Shown here in pieces: positions 28,474 through 37,459 of a stretch of 47,214 bases of DNA. The notes under the pieces were generated by a model, which did no database searches, was not told the DNA's origin, and saw only the letters and a list, made by a program, of their open reading frames with translations. Origin of the DNA: Gammaproteobacteria bacterium (GTDB taxonomy: Bacteria; Pseudomonadota; Gammaproteobacteria; Tethybacterales; Persebacteraceae); assembly GCA_020027345.1 (NCBI GenBank), contig JAHRAH010000154.1, forward strand, positions 1-47,214, written 5' to 3'. Made by a program: the position numbers and the translations under genes. Each line of letters starts with the position of its first letter. The stretch's first letter is position 1.

Positions 28474-29655
28474 TTAGTCCTTTTCGCTGAACCCGCCGCT
28501 GTCAATGCGGAATTGACGGCATTCAATGTTAATGCCGTGCTTGGGCAGGATTTTATCCAGCACCGTTTTTTTGTGCCAAGCGGCCGCCATGAAGAAACGG
28601 TAGGCGTCGCTGGCAAGCGCCCGTTTGCGGGTTTTTATCCCGCGAAAATGGTTCATCCATTTTTCGCCGCGGTATTCGGGAATTTTAATTCCCCAAAGCT
28701 CCCGCGCCTTTTTGCGCCAATGCTCCTCCCTTTTTTCAGCGTCGGTCTCTTCCAGCGCAAGAATCTCCGCGATTTGACTTTTCACCGCCAAAAAATCTTT
28801 GCGGGTTTTGCCGTCCACCTCTTCTCCGGATTGGGCGACATAATCCGTGAAGTATTTGTGCAGTTTTTCGCAGCCCGAAAGGTAAGTTTCGGGGTTGTCG
28901 CGCGGCGCCGTCGGCTGTCCGCCGTGGAGTAAATCGCCGCGCTCGTATTGGAACGAATAACGCAAATAGGGATGGTCGGGCATTGACCCGACGCCCGGAT
29001 GCCCCATTGTTCCTTTTTCCGTTTTTGTGGACAGTTCGCCAAAACCGCTGAGCGCTCTCTCCTTGATGTTCGGGTAGAGATACCCCCACTTTTTCCGAAA
29101 AGCGGCGACCGATTTTAGCCAGTCCTTGCCGACGCCGCTGATTTGGCGAATGGATGTCGCTTTCACCAAATTGCGCCGCGAACTCACGCCGGAAAATCCG
29201 TAGTGAGCGAAGGTGTCCGCGTATACATGCGCGGCGACGCCTATCAAGTAGGGGCCCCATTCATGCCCTTTGTTTTTTAGCGCAACCGCCTTTTTGAGAT
29301 GGTTGGCGATCATTTCTCTTGCGATTTCGCTGTCGGTCTGGCACACCAATTTTTGCGTGAGCGTCTTTCCCTTGCCGCCGGGCAGGAAGTGAAACGGCAC
29401 CCAAATGTTCAGTTGGTCAATGTGATCCAAAAGAAAAATGCGCTGTCCGCCGAGGGCGTATTTTATGGGGGCCGTATAGCGCGCGGAAACTTCGGACGCG
29501 AGCAAGCATCCGGTTTTTTCGTCCAAAATGGCGATGTCTTCGCCGGCGTCGTCGACGAATTGCGCGGATGTGCCGATTTTCAGCGCGGCGGCATCGTTCA
29601 GTCCGGCGAGTTTCGCCAAGGCGTAAGTTCCGGCGTAGTGCATGTCTTTGTGCAT
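28474..29655 (-). CDS. hypothetical His-rich protein (possible metal-dependent hydrolase)
   Basis: 393-aa ORF with SD GGGAGG 5 nt before the ATG. N-terminal MHKDMHYAGTYALAKLAG and HVYADTFAHYGF motifs. I recognise no family with confidence. Confidence 0.6.
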   Translation of the reverse strand: MHKDMHYAGTYALAKLAGLNDAAALKIGTSAQFVDDAGEDIAILDEKTGCLLASEVSARYTAPIKYALGGQRIFLLDHIDQLNIWVPFHFLPGGKGKTLTQKLVCQTDSEIAREMIANHLKKAVALKNKGHEWGPYLIGVAAHVYADTFAHYGFSGVSSRRNLVKATSIRQISGVGKDWLKSVAAFRKKWGYLYPNIKERALSGFGELSTKTEKGTMGHPGVGSMPDHPYLRYSFQYERGDLLHGGQPTAPRDNPETYLSGCEKLHKYFTDYVAQSGEEVDGKTRKDFLAVKSQIAEILALEETDAEKREEHWRKKARELWGIKIPEYRGEKWMNHFRGIKTRKRALASDAYRFFMAAAWHKKTVLDKILPKHGINIECRQFRIDSGGFSEKD

Positions 29656-29810
29656 GTTTTCCTCCCGGGTAATAACCAGTTTTTCCGCAGATATGGCCCC
29701 GCCCCGGGATTTTCAACCCTTGTCCCGCTATTTTTTTTCCTCGCCGGAGCGGCATCTGGCACTCGTGGAAAGAATTCTTCCTCTACGAAAACGCCAAACG
29801 ATGGAATCTG

Positions 29811-30250
29811 ATGTCCCCCGAATGGCTCCGCTTCCGCGATTGGTTCCTAACCTACTGCCGATGGCGGTGGAACCCCGGCAGATTTGTCACCCCGACTAAC
29901 CCGACCGGCGATGTGAATGGCGACGAAATGTGCGCTTTGTGCTTTGCCGCCTTTGACAGGGCGGGATACCATACCGGCGATTCCCAAATTGGCGAACCCC
30001 CCGACTGGTGCCAATACGGCGTAACCCCCGAAGGCAACTGGGCCGCTTTATGCTTTAACCCTTTCCTTGTCAATACCCCCCCCCCATCTCCGATGGGGGG
30101 GGTTGGGGGGGGGAAAGCGGGGGGATAATCGCAGACGGAAAACCGCGCAAATACCACCGCTGCGACTGCTGCAACGACGGCAAACTCTGCTACTCCAACA
30201 ACCCTAACCTCGCCATCATCCCCGCACCCGACGCCGTCACCGTCCTCTAA
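29811..30250 (+). pseudogene. possible small Trp/Cys-rich ORF interrupted by a family C element
   Basis: The ORF at 29811-30128 runs into the repeat and stops. A different frame continues from 30131 to TAA 30250 (ADGKPRKYHRCDCCNDGKLCYSNNPN...). Removing ~56 nt of repeat would rejoin the frames. Confidence 0.25.
30071..30125 (+). repeat. family C poly-C/poly-G hairpin element
   Basis: CAATA-C10-ATCTCCGAT-G8-TT-G9-AAAGCGGGGGG. Confidence 0.8.
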
Positions 30251-30273
30251 CGGCTATCCCCCCGCGCCGTCAA

Positions 30274-31452
30274 TCATCTTTTCGCACCGTGAGCAATAAG
30301 AATTTTCACTGCTTCCTCGCGTTCCCACGATTCTGCCCAATGCAACGAAGTTTTCCCCTTTTTATTTATCCGATTGACATCCGCCCCGGCTTTGATAAGA
30401 GCAATTATTACATCTGCCTGTCCATTCCATGCGGCCTTATGCAACGGAGTAATGCCATTTTCACTTGCACAATTGACATCCGCCCCGGCTTCGACAAGAG
30501 CAACTATTGCTTTTGCATGTCCTCCCCCTGCCGCAAAATGCAACGGAGTTTGTCCATATTCATTTGCCGGATTAACCTTTGCACCGGCTTTGACAAGGGT
30601 TTTTACTGCGTGCGCTTGTATATCCTGTGCGGCAAAATGTAACGGAGTCATGCCATTTTCACTTGCACGATTGACATTCGCACCGGCTTTAACGAGAGCG
30701 TCTATCGTTTCATTGTATTCATTCCGCGGTTTAGGGGCAAGATTCCACGATATATCGCGTCCGCCTTTATTCTTGGAATAAGGTTCTACCAGCTTAATGC
30801 TAGACAAATCATAATAGGTCTGCATTGTAGCCAAAAGCAGCGGAGTCGCGCCATTTTTCTCCGTCCGATTAATGTCAGCACCGGCCTCAACAAGAGCCAT
30901 TACTTCTTTTGCGTGTCCTGCCAATGCCGCACTATGCAATGGAGTATAGCCGTATTTATTTGCATAATTAATATTCGCACCAATTTCGGCAAGAGCAACT
31001 ATTGCTTTTGCATGTCCTCCCCCTGCCGCAATATGCAACGGAGTATCGTCATTTTTATCTCCACAATCAATATCCCAACAGGTCTTGGCAAGAGCAACTA
31101 TCGCTTTCGGATGTTCATACACTGCCGCAGAATGCAATGGATTTCTGCCATATTTATTTGTCTGACCGGAACTCGCCCCGGCTGCGACAAGAGCAACTAT
31201 CGCCTTTGCGTGTCCTTGTTCTGCCGCTTTATGCAACGGAGTATCGCCATATTCATCCGAACAATTGACCCACGCCTCGGCTTTGACGAGGCGGCTAATC
31301 TTAAGAATATCCCCCGCCCGTGCGGCCTCAAGCAACAACTGTTCTTTCCCCTTGAAAACGCCCGCCTTGCAGGCATAAATCAAGCAGGCGATAATCAAGA
31401 CGATTCCAAGAATCACCAAAATCCCTATCAAAATTTTCATGTCAGCAGCCAT
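30274..31452 (-). CDS. ankyrin-repeat protein with N-terminal transmembrane anchor
   Basis: N-terminal helix ILIGILVILGIVLIIACLIYA. At least 9 repeats of the TPLH.AA..GH...V..L...GA..N consensus. Spot counts give 40-48% G+C. Confidence 0.9.
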   Translation of the reverse strand: MAADMKILIGILVILGIVLIIACLIYACKAGVFKGKEQLLLEAARAGDILKISRLVKAEAWVNCSDEYGDTPLHKAAEQGHAKAIVALVAAGASSGQTNKYGRNPLHSAAVYEHPKAIVALAKTCWDIDCGDKNDDTPLHIAAGGGHAKAIVALAEIGANINYANKYGYTPLHSAALAGHAKEVMALVEAGADINRTEKNGATPLLLATMQTYYDLSSIKLVEPYSKNKGGRDISWNLAPKPRNEYNETIDALVKAGANVNRASENGMTPLHFAAQDIQAHAVKTLVKAGAKVNPANEYGQTPLHFAAGGGHAKAIVALVEAGADVNCASENGITPLHKAAWNGQADVIIALIKAGADVNRINKKGKTSLHWAESWEREEAVKILIAHGAKR

Positions 31453-31736
31453 TATTTCTTTGGCTTTAAAAAGTCCTCTTTCATTTTATCGCAGATACTA
31501 TAAATAAATTTAATATCATCCCCCGAATGGTCATCCATCCAATTATTCCCCGCATCACAATAAGTATATCCATCCTTGACCCTCTTTTTCTCACGAAAAC
31601 AAATCGCAAGGTGAGCACCAATCAAACATCCCGTATAAGCGTCCCCAACATTATGAACATGCAATTCAGCATCCGTCGTTTCGTGTGCCAAAGCGCTAGT
31701 CATCGTGGACACGCAAAAAGCAAAGACGACCGCCAT
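31452..31736 (-). CDS. small secreted Cys-containing protein, translationally coupled to the ankyrin gene
   Basis: ATG at 31736 gives signal peptide MAVVFAFCVSTMTSALA plus a ~77-aa mature part. Its stop overlaps the ankyrin ATG (TAATG). The longer ORF track start at 31928 runs into the MITE. Confidence 0.5.
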   Translation of the reverse strand: MAVVFAFCVSTMTSALAHETTDAELHVHNVGDAYTGCLIGAHLAICFREKKRVKDGYTYCDAGNNWMDDHSGDDIKFIYSICDKMKEDFLKPKK

Positions 31737-31921
31737 ACGCAAGCCACCGCCGACAACTTGTGCCGTCAAAGCCGCCGCCCGAAAGAGAGATGCCAGCGAC
31801 AAGCGCAAGGCAACGGCTATGGAAAAAATATGTGCCGCCGCGAATTCGCGGACAAACATAGCCGCCATTATACGCGAAAATCCGCTCTTAACCCCCCGCC
31901 GCCCAATTTTTTCCGCCTCTT

Positions 31922-32042
31922 TCGTCATTCCGGCGAAAGCCGGAATCCATACAATCTTGCGAAAATCGCAAAATCCTTGCCCGTTCGGAAACTTGGCGAA
32001 AAGCGAATGTCGGTATGGATTCCGGCTTTCGCCGGAATGACG
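31922..32042 (+). mobile_element. family B MITE-like element, right boundary of the low-G+C island
   Basis: Perfect 30-bp terminal inverted repeat CGTCATTCCGGCGAAAGCCGGAATCCATAC / GTATGGATTCCGGCTTTCGCCGGAATGACG. Confidence 0.8.
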
Positions 32043-32053
32043 GGGGACGGGCG

Positions 32054-32389
32054 TCAGGCGGCGGGGAAGGCGTTTTTGATTTGTTGGATGTTTCCTTTTT
32101 CGTCCACCAAAAGGGCGTCAAAGCGGCAGGGGGCGTTGGAAAACTCCCCGGCGAGGTAATGCTTCGCGGCGGCGGCGAGTTTTTTTTGTTTTGCGCGGGT
32201 GATGCTCGCGGCGGCGTCGGAAAAATTCTTGCGCCGGCGCACTTCGGCAAAAACGGTTACGCCGTCGTCTTCGGCGATGATGTCCACTTCGCCGAATCTG
32301 CATTGATAGTTGCGGTGCAAAATGCCGCAGCCCTTTTTTTGCAAATACTCCGCGGCGGCTTCTTCGGCGCCGTCGCCGCGCGCGCGCAT
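32054..32389 (-). CDS. yraN: YraN family (UPF0102) endonuclease-like protein
   Basis: ATG at 32389. GEVDIIAEDDGVTVFAEVRRR fits the D...E.K core. Located directly downstream of the lpoA-like gene, as in E. coli. Confidence 0.8.
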   Translation of the reverse strand: MRARGDGAEEAAAEYLQKKGCGILHRNYQCRFGEVDIIAEDDGVTVFAEVRRRKNFSDAAASITRAKQKKLAAAAKHYLAGEFSNAPCRFDALLVDEKGNIQQIKNAFPAA

Positions 32390-32397
32390 TTTGCTTT

Positions 32398-33684
32398 TCA
32401 CGGCGCAAAAGAAACCGCGGCGGGCAGCGGCTGCAAACGCCCGCCTTGGTAGCGCGCCAAAACTCCGCGCCGCCGGAATTCTCCGCCAATCAATTGCAAA
32501 TCCCCGCTCAGCCCGGAAAACTCCCATCCTTCTTTCCACGCCGCGGCGCGCAAAGCGACGGCGCAGGCGTCGGCGCCGAGCGCGAAAAACCTGCGCGCCA
32601 ATGCCGGGCGCGATTCTTCTTCCGCGCTCGCATTTTCCTCCGGCGGCGCGAGCAAATGCGGAGTTTCCATCACATACAAATTATCCGAAAAAGCGGCGCT
32701 CGCCCCTTCGCCGCCGCCGTAACTGAAACTGCCGGCAAAAACCGGATTCCGCGCCGGCGCAAAATGCCGGACCTTGCGCGCGAAAGCGGCGCCGCCGGCG
32801 GCGAAGACGGCGGTGCGTTTTTCTTCTTTCTTTTCTTCTTCCTTTTCTTTGTTCGCTTCTTCTTCGGCTTCCTCTTTCAGTTTTTCAAAAAGGCGCTGCC
32901 AGTCCTTTTCCGGATTGCGCACGCGAAAAACGCCCGCCGCGCGCCCGCTCAGATTCCGCCATCGTTCGCCGAAAGCGCGCAACTGCCGCGCGCCCAATTC
33001 GGATTCCTGCGTTGCGACAAGAACATCGCCGACATCGGCGGCGCGCATCAGTTCGGCGAGTTCCGCCGCTTCGCGCCCGGCTTCCAGTGTCAGAAAAAAA
33101 TAGTTTCCGCCGACGCCCGGCTGCAGCAGAAGAGTCGGCGCCGGCGCTTGCGGAACCCGCGCGAGCAGCGCCGCGACATTCCCGCGCAAAACCGGACCGA
33201 CAATTAAATCCGCGCCGCTTTCGGCCGCGGCGATGTAGGACGCGATTGCGGAATCCGCGCCGCCGCTTGTCGCGTAAAGCAAAAAGCGCGCTTCGTTTTC
33301 GCGCCCGTCGGCGGCGCATCCTTCGTAAAAAGCGCGCGCCGTCCGCCCCAAAACTCCGCCGCCGTCGGTCGGCAATATCAGCGCGACGGTGTCCGGCGCG
33401 CCGAATCCCCCCGGCTCTTGCGCATCCGGCGCGGCGCGAAAACCCGGCGCGGGCGAGGGTTTTGCCAAACGCGGCGGGCGCGCGCGGTTTCGGTTTTCTT
33501 CCGCGTTTTCGTTTTCCGGCGCGGGCGCGGTTTTTGTTTGTTCCTCGCGTAGAATGTCGTCTTCGCCGGGCGGAATCGCCGCGGCGTTTTCTTTGAGTTT
33601 GTTAATCAGATGCGTAAGTTCGTTCGCGCCCGCGGGGGCGGAGCAAAAAACCGCGAAAGCGAAAACCAAAACCGCGCGCCGCAC
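32398..33684 (-). CDS. lpoA: penicillin-binding protein activator LpoA-like (periplasmic-binding-protein fold)
   Basis: Signal peptide MRRAVLVFAFAVFCSAPAGA. VALILPTDGG...ADLIVGPVLRGNV resembles the LpoA/LppC family. Synteny with yraN and rsmI. Confidence 0.7.
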   Translation of the reverse strand: MRRAVLVFAFAVFCSAPAGANELTHLINKLKENAAAIPPGEDDILREEQTKTAPAPENENAEENRNRARPPRLAKPSPAPGFRAAPDAQEPGGFGAPDTVALILPTDGGGVLGRTARAFYEGCAADGRENEARFLLYATSGGADSAIASYIAAAESGADLIVGPVLRGNVAALLARVPQAPAPTLLLQPGVGGNYFFLTLEAGREAAELAELMRAADVGDVLVATQESELGARQLRAFGERWRNLSGRAAGVFRVRNPEKDWQRLFEKLKEEAEEEANKEKEEEKKEEKRTAVFAAGGAAFARKVRHFAPARNPVFAGSFSYGGGEGASAAFSDNLYVMETPHLLAPPEENASAEEESRPALARRFFALGADACAVALRAAAWKEGWEFSGLSGDLQLIGGEFRRRGVLARYQGGRLQPLPAAVSFAP

Positions 33685-34518
33685 GGCGCCATTTTACACC
33701 TTGTCGCCGCGCCCCTCGGCAACCTGCGCGACATTTCCCTGCGCGCGCTGGATGTTTTGCGCGATTGCGATTTCGTCGCCGCCGAAGACACGCGCGTCGC
33801 GCGCAAACTTCTCGCCGCGCACGGTATCGCCGGGAAAAAAATACTCTCGGCGCGCGCGCAAAACGAAGAAGCGGCGGCGCAAAAAATAATCGCCGCATTG
33901 CTCGCCGGAGATTCGCTTTGCGCCGCATATCTTACCGACGCCGGCACCCCCGGCATCAGCGATCCGGGCGCGAGAATCGCCCGGCGCGCGCGCGAAGCGG
34001 GGATTGCGGTAACCGTCCTGCCCGGCGCGAGCGCTTTGACTGCGGCGCTTTGCGCGGCGGGCGCGGGCGAAAACCCCGCGCACTTTTTCGGCTTTCCGCC
34101 GCGGGCGAAAGGTAAACGGAAAAAGTTTTTCGCAGAACTTTCGGCGTATTCCGGCGCCGTTGTTTTGTTTGAATCGCCGCGCCGCGCCGCCGACTGTTGC
34201 GCGCGCCTCGCCGAATCTTTGGGCGAAAACGCGCGCGTCGTCGTCTGCCGCGAACTCACAAAATCTTACGAACAAATTGTGGAAGGCGCGGCCGGCGAAA
34301 TAACGGCGGCATTTGCGAATGGCGAAATCCCCGCGCGCGGCGAATTTACCCTGACGGCGGATGCGCCGGGACGGCGCGCGCCGGCGCTTTCGCCCGAAGC
34401 GGTTTTTGATTTGTTGCGCCGCGAACTCCCGCCGCGCCGCGCCGCCGCCCTCGCGGCAAAACTCACCGGCGCAAACTCCGCCGAACTCTACCGCAAACAT
34501 TCCGGGCGCGAACGGTAA
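33610..34518 (+). CDS. rsmI: 16S rRNA (cytidine1402-2'-O)-methyltransferase RsmI
   Basis: LHLVAAPLGNLRDISLRALDVLRDCDFVAAEDTR, SDAGTPGISDPG, RELTKSYE. The only ATG (33610) overlaps the lpoA 5' end by 75 nt. Confidence 0.85.
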   Translation: MRKFVRARGGGAKNRESENQNRAPHGAILHLVAAPLGNLRDISLRALDVLRDCDFVAAEDTRVARKLLAAHGIAGKKILSARAQNEEAAAQKIIAALLAGDSLCAAYLTDAGTPGISDPGARIARRAREAGIAVTVLPGASALTAALCAAGAGENPAHFFGFPPRAKGKRKKFFAELSAYSGAVVLFESPRRAADCCARLAESLGENARVVVCRELTKSYEQIVEGAAGEITAAFANGEIPARGEFTLTADAPGRRAPALSPEAVFDLLRRELPPRRAAALAAKLTGANSAELYRKHSGRER

Positions 34519-34542
34519 CGCCGCCGCGCGCGAAAAAAAATG

Positions 34543-34551
34543 TGGCATAAT
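34543..34551 (+). promoter_or_regulatory. extended -10 box TGgCATAAT upstream of coq7 (leadered)
   Basis: 41-nt leader with GGAGAAACA before ATG 34593. Confidence 0.35.
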
Positions 34552-34592
34552 GCCAAAGACATCGGAAAACAAAAAAACACCGCGGAGAAACA

Positions 34593-35225
34593 ATGAGCAT
34601 CACGGAACGAATCGGGAGCGCGTTTGCGAACGGGATTAAAACCGTTTTCACCCCCGCCGTCGGCAAGCGCGAAAGCCCCGCCGAAAACGCGGGCGGCGAC
34701 GACGCCGAATTAAGCGCGGAAGAAAAACGCCGCGCCGCCGCGCTGATGCGCGTCAACCATTGCGGCGAAGTTTGCGCGCAGGCGCTTTATCAGGGGCAGG
34801 CGCTTTTTGCGCGCGACGCCGCCGTCGTCGCGGCGATGCAGGAAGCGGCGGACGAAGAAATAGACCATCTCGCATGGACGGCGGAACGGGTGCGCGAACT
34901 CGGCGGGCGCGAAAGCGTTCTCAATCCGCTGTGGTACGGCGGCGCATTCGCAATCGGCGCGGCTGCGGCGGCGCTTTCCGACCGCGTTTCGCTGGGCTTT
35001 GTCGCCGAAACCGAACGGCAGGTTTCCGCGCATTTGCAAAGCCATTTGCAAAAACTCCCCGAAGGCGACGAAAAAAGCCGCGCAATCGTGCGGCAGATGG
35101 ACATTGACGAACAAGAACACGCGACAAAAGCCGTCGCAATGGGCGCCGCCGAACTCCCCGAACCGGCGAAAAAAATAATGCGCCTGATGGGGAAAATAAT
35201 GACGCGAACAAGTTACCGTTTGTGA
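34593..35225 (+). CDS. coq7: demethoxyubiquinone hydroxylase Coq7
   Basis: Di-iron ligand motifs ([39 protein letters not shown]). About 210 aa. Confidence 0.9.
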   Translation: MSITERIGSAFANGIKTVFTPAVGKRESPAENAGGDDAELSAEEKRRAAALMRVNHCGEVCAQALYQGQALFARDAAVVAAMQEAADEEIDHLAWTAERVRELGGRESVLNPLWYGGAFAIGAAAAALSDRVSLGFVAETERQVSAHLQSHLQKLPEGDEKSRAIVRQMDIDEQEHATKAVAMGAAELPEPAKKIMRLMGKIMTRTSYRL

Positions 35226-36172
35226 ACGCGGGCGCGCTTTACGACCCCGGCGAACCTTTTGACGCGGGGCGGCTGCGCGTTTCGGCGCTGCACGAAATCG
35301 CGTATTGGCAGTACGGAAATCCGCGCGGAAAAACGGCGGTGTATTTGCACGGCGGGCCCGGCGGGGGTAGCGCGCCGGAAATGGCGCGGTTTTTTAATCC
35401 GCAAAAATACCGCGTCGTGCTTTTTGACCAGCGCGGCTGCGGCAAATCCTCGCCCAGCGCCGAACTGCGCGAAAACACGACATGGCATTTGACCGGTGAT
35501 ATGGAATCGCTGCGCGAACATTTGCAAATCGGAAAATGGCTGGTTTGCGGCGGCTCCTGGGGCAGCGCGCTCGCGCTCGCATACGCGCAGCGGCATTCGC
35601 AAAATGTAAGCGAAATAATTTTGCGCGGGATTTTTACTTTGCGTCGCTCCGAACTTTTGTGGTTTTATCAGGAAGGCGCAAACCGCATCTTTCCCGATTT
35701 GTGGGAGGAGTTTGTCGCGCCCATTCCCCCCGCTGAGCGCGGCGATATGATGAGCGCCTACCACCGCCGCCTGACCGGCGAAGACGAAACCGTCCGCCTG
35801 CAATGCGCGCGGGCGTGGAGCAAATGGGAGGCGCAAACTTTGTCGCTCGCCGCCGACGATGCGCGCGTGGAACAATTCGGCGGCGAGGAATTTGCGCTCG
35901 CTTTCGCGCGCATAGAATGCCATTATTTTGTCAACGCCGGCTTTTTTTCCGCCGACGGGCAACTGATAAACGACGCGCCGAAACTTTGCGGCATTCCCGG
36001 CGTCATCGTGCAGGGGCGCTACGACATCGTAACGCCCGCGCAAACCGCGTGGGACTTGCACCGCAAATGGAAAGGATCGCAATTGCAAATCATTCCCGAA
36101 GCCGGACACGCAACGACCGAACCGGGAATCGCGCAGGCAATTCGCGGCGCCGCTGATTCTTTTTCCGGCTGA
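35222..36172 (+). CDS. pip: prolyl aminopeptidase (proline iminopeptidase)
   Basis: HGGPGGG oxyanion motif and GGSWGS nucleophile elbow. GTG start overlaps the coq7 stop. Confidence 0.9.
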   Translation: MNAGALYDPGEPFDAGRLRVSALHEIAYWQYGNPRGKTAVYLHGGPGGGSAPEMARFFNPQKYRVVLFDQRGCGKSSPSAELRENTTWHLTGDMESLREHLQIGKWLVCGGSWGSALALAYAQRHSQNVSEIILRGIFTLRRSELLWFYQEGANRIFPDLWEEFVAPIPPAERGDMMSAYHRRLTGEDETVRLQCARAWSKWEAQTLSLAADDARVEQFGGEEFALAFARIECHYFVNAGFFSADGQLINDAPKLCGIPGVIVQGRYDIVTPAQTAWDLHRKWKGSQLQIIPEAGHATTEPGIAQAIRGAADSFSG

Positions 36173-36210
36173 TTGTTTTGCGGGGCGAATAACAAAGCGA
36201 TGGCGCGGCG

Positions 36211-37410
36211 GTGAAAATACGCGAATACAAAATATTTCCGGTCGCAAATCCGCGCCCGGACATCGGCGGACCCTGCTGGATATTTTTGCAATTGATTACC
36301 GACGGCGGAATAAAAGGAATCGGCGAAATATACGGCGCGCCTTTTCGCCCGGCGGCGGTTTGCGCAATGGCGGCGGATTTGTGCGAGCGACAAATGCTCG
36401 GCGCCGACCCTTTTCGCATTGAACAAATGTGGCGGCGGGCGTATTCCGGCGCTTACACGCAGCGCCCGGACGCAGCGCTGCTGGCGGTTTTGAGCGCGGC
36501 GGAAACCGCCTGCTGGGACATCGTTGGCAAAGAACTGAACCGCCCGATTTATGATTTGCTCGGCGGGCGAACGCGCGATTCTTTGCGCGCTTACACTTAT
36601 TTGTATCCGCGCGAGGGCGACGAAAAATATGTTGAACATTGTCCGCAAACGGCGGCGGCGCGCGCGGCGGAATATGCAAGCGAAGGTTTTACCGCAATCA
36701 AGTTTGACCCGCTCGGTCCCTACGGCGCTTTTGACCCGCGGCAATTGACGCAGGATATATTGCATCGCGCGGAAACGGTTGCGAAGGCGGTGCGCGAAGC
36801 GGTCGGCGGAAAATGCGACATATTAATCGGCGCGCACGGACAAATGACTCCGGCGGCGGCTATTCGGCTGGCGAAGCGTCTGGAACCGTTTGACCCGCTT
36901 TGGCTGGAAGAACCGACGCCGCCGGAAAACCCGAAAGCGATGGCGCAAGTCGCGCGCGCGACATCCGTTCCGATTGCGGCGGGCGAGCGGTTGTCGACAA
37001 AATATGAATTCGCGCGCCTGCTGGAAGCGGGCGGGGCGGCGATTTTGCAGCCGCAGTTGGGTCGCTGCGGCGGAATATTGGAAGCGAAAAAAATAGCGGC
37101 GATTGCCGAAGCGCATTACGCGCAAATCGCCCCGCATTTGTATTGCGGCCCCGTTTCCGGCGCCGCCGCAATTCAACTCGCCGCGTGCATTCCCAACTTT
37201 TTGATATTGGAGGGGCTTTACAAATGGGACGGTTTCAGCGCCGAAATTTTGACAACGCCTTTGGAATGGCGCGACGGCAAAATAACCGTCCCCTCCGCCC
37301 CCGGACTCGGCGTTGAACTAAACGAAGCAATCGCCGAAAAACACAAACTAATCCCCGGCAGCGAAAACGACAAAATGCACCTATCTCCCGCCGAAAACCC
37401 GGTGGAATAA
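36211..37410 (+). CDS. enolase-superfamily enzyme (mandelate racemase/muconate lactonizing family, sugar-acid dehydratase-like)
   Basis: AIKFDPLGP, LWLEEPTPP and IAAGERL fit the three metal-ligand positions of MR/MLE enzymes. Confidence 0.8.
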   Translation: MKIREYKIFPVANPRPDIGGPCWIFLQLITDGGIKGIGEIYGAPFRPAAVCAMAADLCERQMLGADPFRIEQMWRRAYSGAYTQRPDAALLAVLSAAETACWDIVGKELNRPIYDLLGGRTRDSLRAYTYLYPREGDEKYVEHCPQTAAARAAEYASEGFTAIKFDPLGPYGAFDPRQLTQDILHRAETVAKAVREAVGGKCDILIGAHGQMTPAAAIRLAKRLEPFDPLWLEEPTPPENPKAMAQVARATSVPIAAGERLSTKYEFARLLEAGGAAILQPQLGRCGGILEAKKIAAIAEAHYAQIAPHLYCGPVSGAAAIQLAACIPNFLILEGLYKWDGFSAEILTTPLEWRDGKITVPSAPGLGVELNEAIAEKHKLIPGSENDKMHLSPAENPVE

Positions 37411-37423
37411 CAACCGTCATTCT

Positions 37424-37449
37424 CGTTCCCACGCTCCGGCGTGGGAACG
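37424..37449. terminator. perfect 11-bp-stem hairpin between convergent genes (candidate terminator/REP-like)
   Basis: CGTTCCCACGC-TCCG-GCGTGGGAACG. There is no clear U-tract on either strand. Confidence 0.35.
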
Positions 37450-37459
37450 AAGTCGGGAG

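Noticed and set aside
29642-29899. 85-aa plus-strand ORF upstream of or overlapping the candidate Cys-rich gene
   Set aside because: It has no SD or -10 context and overlaps the 5' end of the 393-aa gene's control region. Its composition is unremarkable, so it is treated as a chance ORF.
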